Virus record (IMG/VR): IMGVR_UViG_3300043803_001357
Coordinates: 55,571-75,570 of that record
Source: an uncultured virus (IMG/VR IMGVR_UViG_3300043803_001357)
Taxonomy: Duplodnaviria > Heunggongvirae > Uroviricota > Caudoviricetes
Length of the DNA: 20,000 nucleotides
Direction: 5' to 3' (one strand)
The position numbers and the translations under genes were made by a program. The notes under the pieces were generated by a model. It made no database searches. It saw only the letters and a list, made by a program, of their open reading frames with translations, and was not told the origin of the DNA. How positions within the stretch are numbered: the first letter of the stretch is position 1; every line of letters begins with the position of its first letter. Positions 16,832 to 20,000 of this stretch are shown one piece after another.

Positions 16832-17775
16832 TGAATACTTACATTCGTAGTTTTATGGCCATTCCTTCACTCAATGAAGATGGGTTACACACTGGGGGTA
16901 TTGCTGGTTTCTTGAAGAGCATTGGATATGCAATTAAATTACTTTCTCCTACCCGAGTTATTATTGTATTTGATGGTAAAGGTGGTAGTCAGAAACGCAG
17001 AAAGATATATCCAGGTTACAAAAACGGCAGAAAGACTGATATTCGTCTCAACCGTAATTACGAAGAATTATCTTCATCACAGATTGAATCTGTTAACTTC
17101 AAAAAAGAATTGATTCGTACTGTAAATTATTTGGACACGTTGCCTGTAACAGTTATGGCAATTGATCAAATAGAAGCGGACGACACAATTGCTTATTTAG
17201 CTAAAGAAACTTTTAAGGACAGTAATGTAACAATTATGTCTACTGATAAAGATTTTCTTCAACTAGCAAGTGACAAGATTAAAATCTGGAGTCCTGTAAA
17301 AAAGAAAATTTTTGGTTGTAAAGAAATAGTGGATGAATATGGAATTACTTGCAATAACTTTGTTTTATACAGAGTTATGGAAGGTGACGTTAGCGACAAC
17401 ATACCTGGACTAGATGGTGTGGGTTTAAAACGTGTAGTAAAAGCATTTCCATTTTTATCAGACGGTCAACAATATGGATTACAAGAAATTTATAATTACT
17501 CTGAAAACAACAGAGGTAAATATAAAATATACGATACTGTATTGGATAATAAGTTGTTACTAGAAAGAAATCACTCTCTGATGCAATTGAGTGATACGCA
17601 GGTTCAGTCATTTACACAATTACGTATAGAAGAAATAATAAAGACTCCTATTCGTAAAATAGATAAAATGACTTTTACGAAGTTGATTACAGAAGACAAA
17701 ATGTGGAATAATATCCCAAATTATCACATTTGGTTGAATGAGTGTTTTGGCAAACTAAACAGTTTCATCGAATAA
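16831..17775 (+). CDS. 5'-3' exonuclease / flap endonuclease (T4 RNase H-like), main fragment
   Basis: NTYIRSF, IVFDG, RRKIYPGYKNGR, EADDTIA, STDKDFLQL and GDVSDNIPGLDGVG are the FEN/PolI 5'-nuclease motifs. The GTG start overlaps the upstream TAG. Confidence 0.9.
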   Translation: MNTYIRSFMAIPSLNEDGLHTGGIAGFLKSIGYAIKLLSPTRVIIVFDGKGGSQKRRKIYPGYKNGRKTDIRLNRNYEELSSSQIESVNFKKELIRTVNYLDTLPVTVMAIDQIEADDTIAYLAKETFKDSNVTIMSTDKDFLQLASDKIKIWSPVKKKIFGCKEIVDEYGITCNNFVLYRVMEGDVSDNIPGLDGVGLKRVVKAFPFLSDGQQYGLQEIYNYSENNRGKYKIYDTVLDNKLLLERNHSLMQLSDTQVQSFTQLRIEEIIKTPIRKIDKMTFTKLITEDKMWNNIPNYHIWLNECFGKLNSFIE

Positions 17776-17796
17776 AAAATAAACGTTATTTAAACG

Positions 17797-17825
17797 TTGT
17801 GGTTGGTAAAAAACAGTGGTATAGT
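17797..17825 (+). promoter_or_regulatory. Possible extended -10 promoter upstream of the helicase
   Basis: TTGTGG, 17-nt spacer, TATAGT with a TGn extension (TGGTATAGT), 11 nt before ATG17837. Confidence 0.45.
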
Positions 17826-17836
17826 AGAGTTATCTT

Positions 17837-19219
17837 ATGGAAAACAAAAAAGCAATTGATTCATTAACAAAATATGGCCGTGACTTCCAAATCAAGTGTA
17901 TTTCGTGCTTGATATCTGATCGTTCATTTATTGAACGAATTCACGATATTATTGAAGTAGACTTCTTTGAAAGTGATGCAAATAAGTGGGTAGTAAAAGA
18001 AAGTATTAAATATTTCAATGAGTATAAAGATCTTCCAACATTAACAGTATTCAAAATTAAATTGGATGAGATCAATGATGAACTTCTAAAACGAAGCATA
18101 GTAGACAATCTCAAATTGGTATATCAAAAGGTTAGTGATAGTGATTTGAAATTTGTCAAAGAACAGTTTTTGGAATTCTGTAAGAATCAAAAGCTAAAGA
18201 ACGCTATTATTGAAAGTGCTGATCTATTGGCACTTGGTCAATACGAAAAGATTAAAAACGTAGTTGACCACGCAATGAAAGCTGGTATGGAACGTAATAT
18301 CGGTCACGATTACTCTGAAGACGTTGAAAAACGTATGAGTGTAATGAGTCGCAATTGTGTCAAGACCAATTGGACTGAAATTGATACCATTATGGATGGT
18401 GGATTGGCGGCCGGCGAACTTGGTATTATTACAGCTTGTGCTGGTAGTGGTAAGAGTTGGGTACTATCCAAGTTGGGTGCCGAAGCAATGAAGCAGGGTA
18501 AGAATGTAGTTCATTTTACTCTAGAGTTGAATGAAAACTATGTGGGTCTTCGTTATGATGCTTGTTTTACTGGAATTGATTTCCAAAACATTCGTAACAA
18601 CGTTGATATCGTAAAACAGAAGATTGCTGATGTACCAGGCAAGTTGAAGATCAAATACTTCCCAATCAAGACAGTTAGTGCTTATAGTTTAAAAGCACAT
18701 TGTGAACGATTGGCTGTACTTGGTACAAAGGTAGATATGATTATCGTTGACTACGCTGATATTCTACGTCCTTCTCAGAGTGAACGTAATAGTAACAGTT
18801 ATAGTGAAGCTGGTGGTATTTATGAAGAACTACGTGGTGTAGCTGGTGAACTACAAGTTCCTATTTGGAGTGCTTCACAGAGCAATCGTGCTGCTATGGA
18901 TGAAGATATCATTCAGGCTAATAACATTGCTGATAGTTATCGTAAGATTATGACTGCTGACTTCGTTATGTCACTCAGTCGTAAAGTTAACGATAAACAG
19001 GCAAATACAGCACGATTCCACGTAATTAAGAATCGTTTCGGACCAGATGGTTTGACATTCCCAAGTAAGATGAACGCTGGTTGTGGTCACATTGAAATTT
19101 ATGGAGAAAATAGCCGTGAGGGTATGAGTATTCTAAATGAAATGATGGATGGAGAAAATCAAGTTAAAAAAGCACTAAAGTCCAAGTGGAATGTACATAA
19201 CAGCGATGACGAAGAATAA
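17837..19219 (+). CDS. Replicative DNA helicase, DnaB / T4 gp41-like (SF4)
   Basis: Walker A ACAGSGKS, HFTLEL, Walker B IIVDYAD, SASQSNR and KNRFG motifs. Confidence 0.93.
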   Translation: MENKKAIDSLTKYGRDFQIKCISCLISDRSFIERIHDIIEVDFFESDANKWVVKESIKYFNEYKDLPTLTVFKIKLDEINDELLKRSIVDNLKLVYQKVSDSDLKFVKEQFLEFCKNQKLKNAIIESADLLALGQYEKIKNVVDHAMKAGMERNIGHDYSEDVEKRMSVMSRNCVKTNWTEIDTIMDGGLAAGELGIITACAGSGKSWVLSKLGAEAMKQGKNVVHFTLELNENYVGLRYDACFTGIDFQNIRNNVDIVKQKIADVPGKLKIKYFPIKTVSAYSLKAHCERLAVLGTKVDMIIVDYADILRPSQSERNSNSYSEAGGIYEELRGVAGELQVPIWSASQSNRAAMDEDIIQANNIADSYRKIMTADFVMSLSRKVNDKQANTARFHVIKNRFGPDGLTFPSKMNAGCGHIEIYGENSREGMSILNEMMDGENQVKKALKSKWNVHNSDDEE

Positions 19220-19320
19220 TTTATAGTATGTAACGCACAAAAAACGTATAAAAAAATTATTAAAAAGTTATAATCTAAACACACAATAGACTATCCAAAA
19301 GATAGTTATTTTTTACCCAT

Positions 19321-20000
19321 ATGAATAAAGAAATTTTTATAAAGAAAAGAAATGGTAACGTCGAGAAATTCAATGCAGATAAAATCAATAAGATTTTGCA
19401 ATGGGCTACCGAAGACATAAAAAGTGTTAGTTTTGAAGAAGTTGCAATGAATGCGCATCTATCGTTTTTCGATGGTATGACATCCAAAGACATTCATGCA
19501 ATGTTGATTGAAGCTTCTGCAAATCTAATTTCTGAAGATAAGCCCAATTATCAATATGTAGCTTCACGTTTATTGAATTACCAGTTACGTAAGAATGTTT
19601 GGGGTGGTAAGAATCCTCCTAAACTATATGATATCGTCAAAGCAAATATTGATGCTTTGGTATATGATGAAGAAATTTTAAATTGGTACACCAAACAAGA
19701 GTTTGATAAGCTAGATGAATTTTTACGTCATGACCGTGATTTTAATTTCACATATGCTGGTATTAAACAGTTGTGTGATAAGTATATGGTTCAAAATCGT
19801 GTAACCAAACAGATTTATGAAACCCCACAGTTTGCTTATATGCTTATCGCAATGACATTCTTTAAAGGTTATAAAGAAAATCGTCTTGATTATATCAAGA
19901 AGGCTTACAACTACTTTAGTAAGCATAAGATTAATCTACCAACCCCTATTATGGCGGGTGTAAGAACTCCAATGAAGAGTTATGCTAGTTGTTCGTTATT
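19321..20000 (+). CDS. nrdA: Ribonucleotide reductase class I alpha subunit with N-terminal ATP cone (3'-truncated)
   Basis: MNKEIFIKKRNGNVEKFNADKINKIL (ATP cone), PNYQYVASRLL, HDRDFNFTYAG, IYETPQFAYM and LPTPIMAGVRTP..YASCSL. The frame is open to the window end, so it is absent from the ORF track. Confidence 0.95.
   Translation, partial: MNKEIFIKKRNGNVEKFNADKINKILQWATEDIKSVSFEEVAMNAHLSFFDGMTSKDIHAMLIEASANLISEDKPNYQYVASRLLNYQLRKNVWGGKNPPKLYDIVKANIDALVYDEEILNWYTKQEFDKLDEFLRHDRDFNFTYAGIKQLCDKYMVQNRVTKQIYETPQFAYMLIAMTFFKGYKENRLDYIKKAYNYFSKHKINLPTPIMAGVRTPMKSYASCSL

Noticed and set aside
16829..16834. TAG stop-codon reassignment or read-through as the explanation for the split exonuclease
   Set aside because: TAG is immediately followed by in-frame TGA, and the downstream part is in another frame. 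The other genes are intact under the standard code.
16801..16834. TAGTGA direct repeat (16801 and 16829) as a target-site duplication
   Set aside because: It is only 6 nt in AT-rich DNA, and the intervening sequence encodes the conserved VLLVDGL strand, so it is not an inserted element.
19281..19296. NrdR box upstream of nrdA
   Set aside because: Only the first half (ACACAATA) resembles the palindromic consensus; the second half does not match.
8..19926. Short minus-strand and nested plus-strand ORFs in the six-frame track
   Set aside because: They overlap long, motif-supported + strand genes and have no recognisable motifs, so they are most likely shadow ORFs.
14594..20000. Inteins in RecA, the helicase or NrdA
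   Set aside because: Lengths and motif spacing are normal, and no C...HN-C/S/T splice junctions were seen in the visible portions.
1..20000. CRISPR array, tRNA or rRNA genes
   Set aside because: All intergenic gaps are about 120 nt or shorter, and none shows spaced direct repeats or a cloverleaf.

Overview
This window is an AT-rich segment of a large tailed dsDNA phage, probably a contractile-tailed myovirus, and all supported genes are on the + strand. Bases 1-9497 form a tail/baseplate module: a tape measure protein truncated at the left edge, a tube-initiator-like protein, a LysM/gpX-like protein, a hub-like protein and a small hypothetical. Next come a compact, divergent family-A DNA polymerase, a 773-aa protein with a PD-(D/E)xK-like motif and a small hypothetical. 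A T4-like replication/recombination block follows: gp32-like SSB, RecA/UvsX, a free-standing NUMOD3 + Vsr/DUF559-like endonuclease, a 5'-3' exonuclease/RNase H, a DnaB/gp41 helicase and class I nrdA truncated at the right edge. The most striking feature is the exonuclease gene next to the endonuclease. It is split immediately after its first catalytic motif (LLVDGL|NTYIR) by exactly five extra bases, TAGTG, which form an overlapping stop-start without losing any residue. The endonuclease start codon is enclosed in a 14-bp inverted repeat whose loop region carries a recurring TATTTAT motif, a putative late promoter. All functional calls come from motif recognition by eye; no searches were run.
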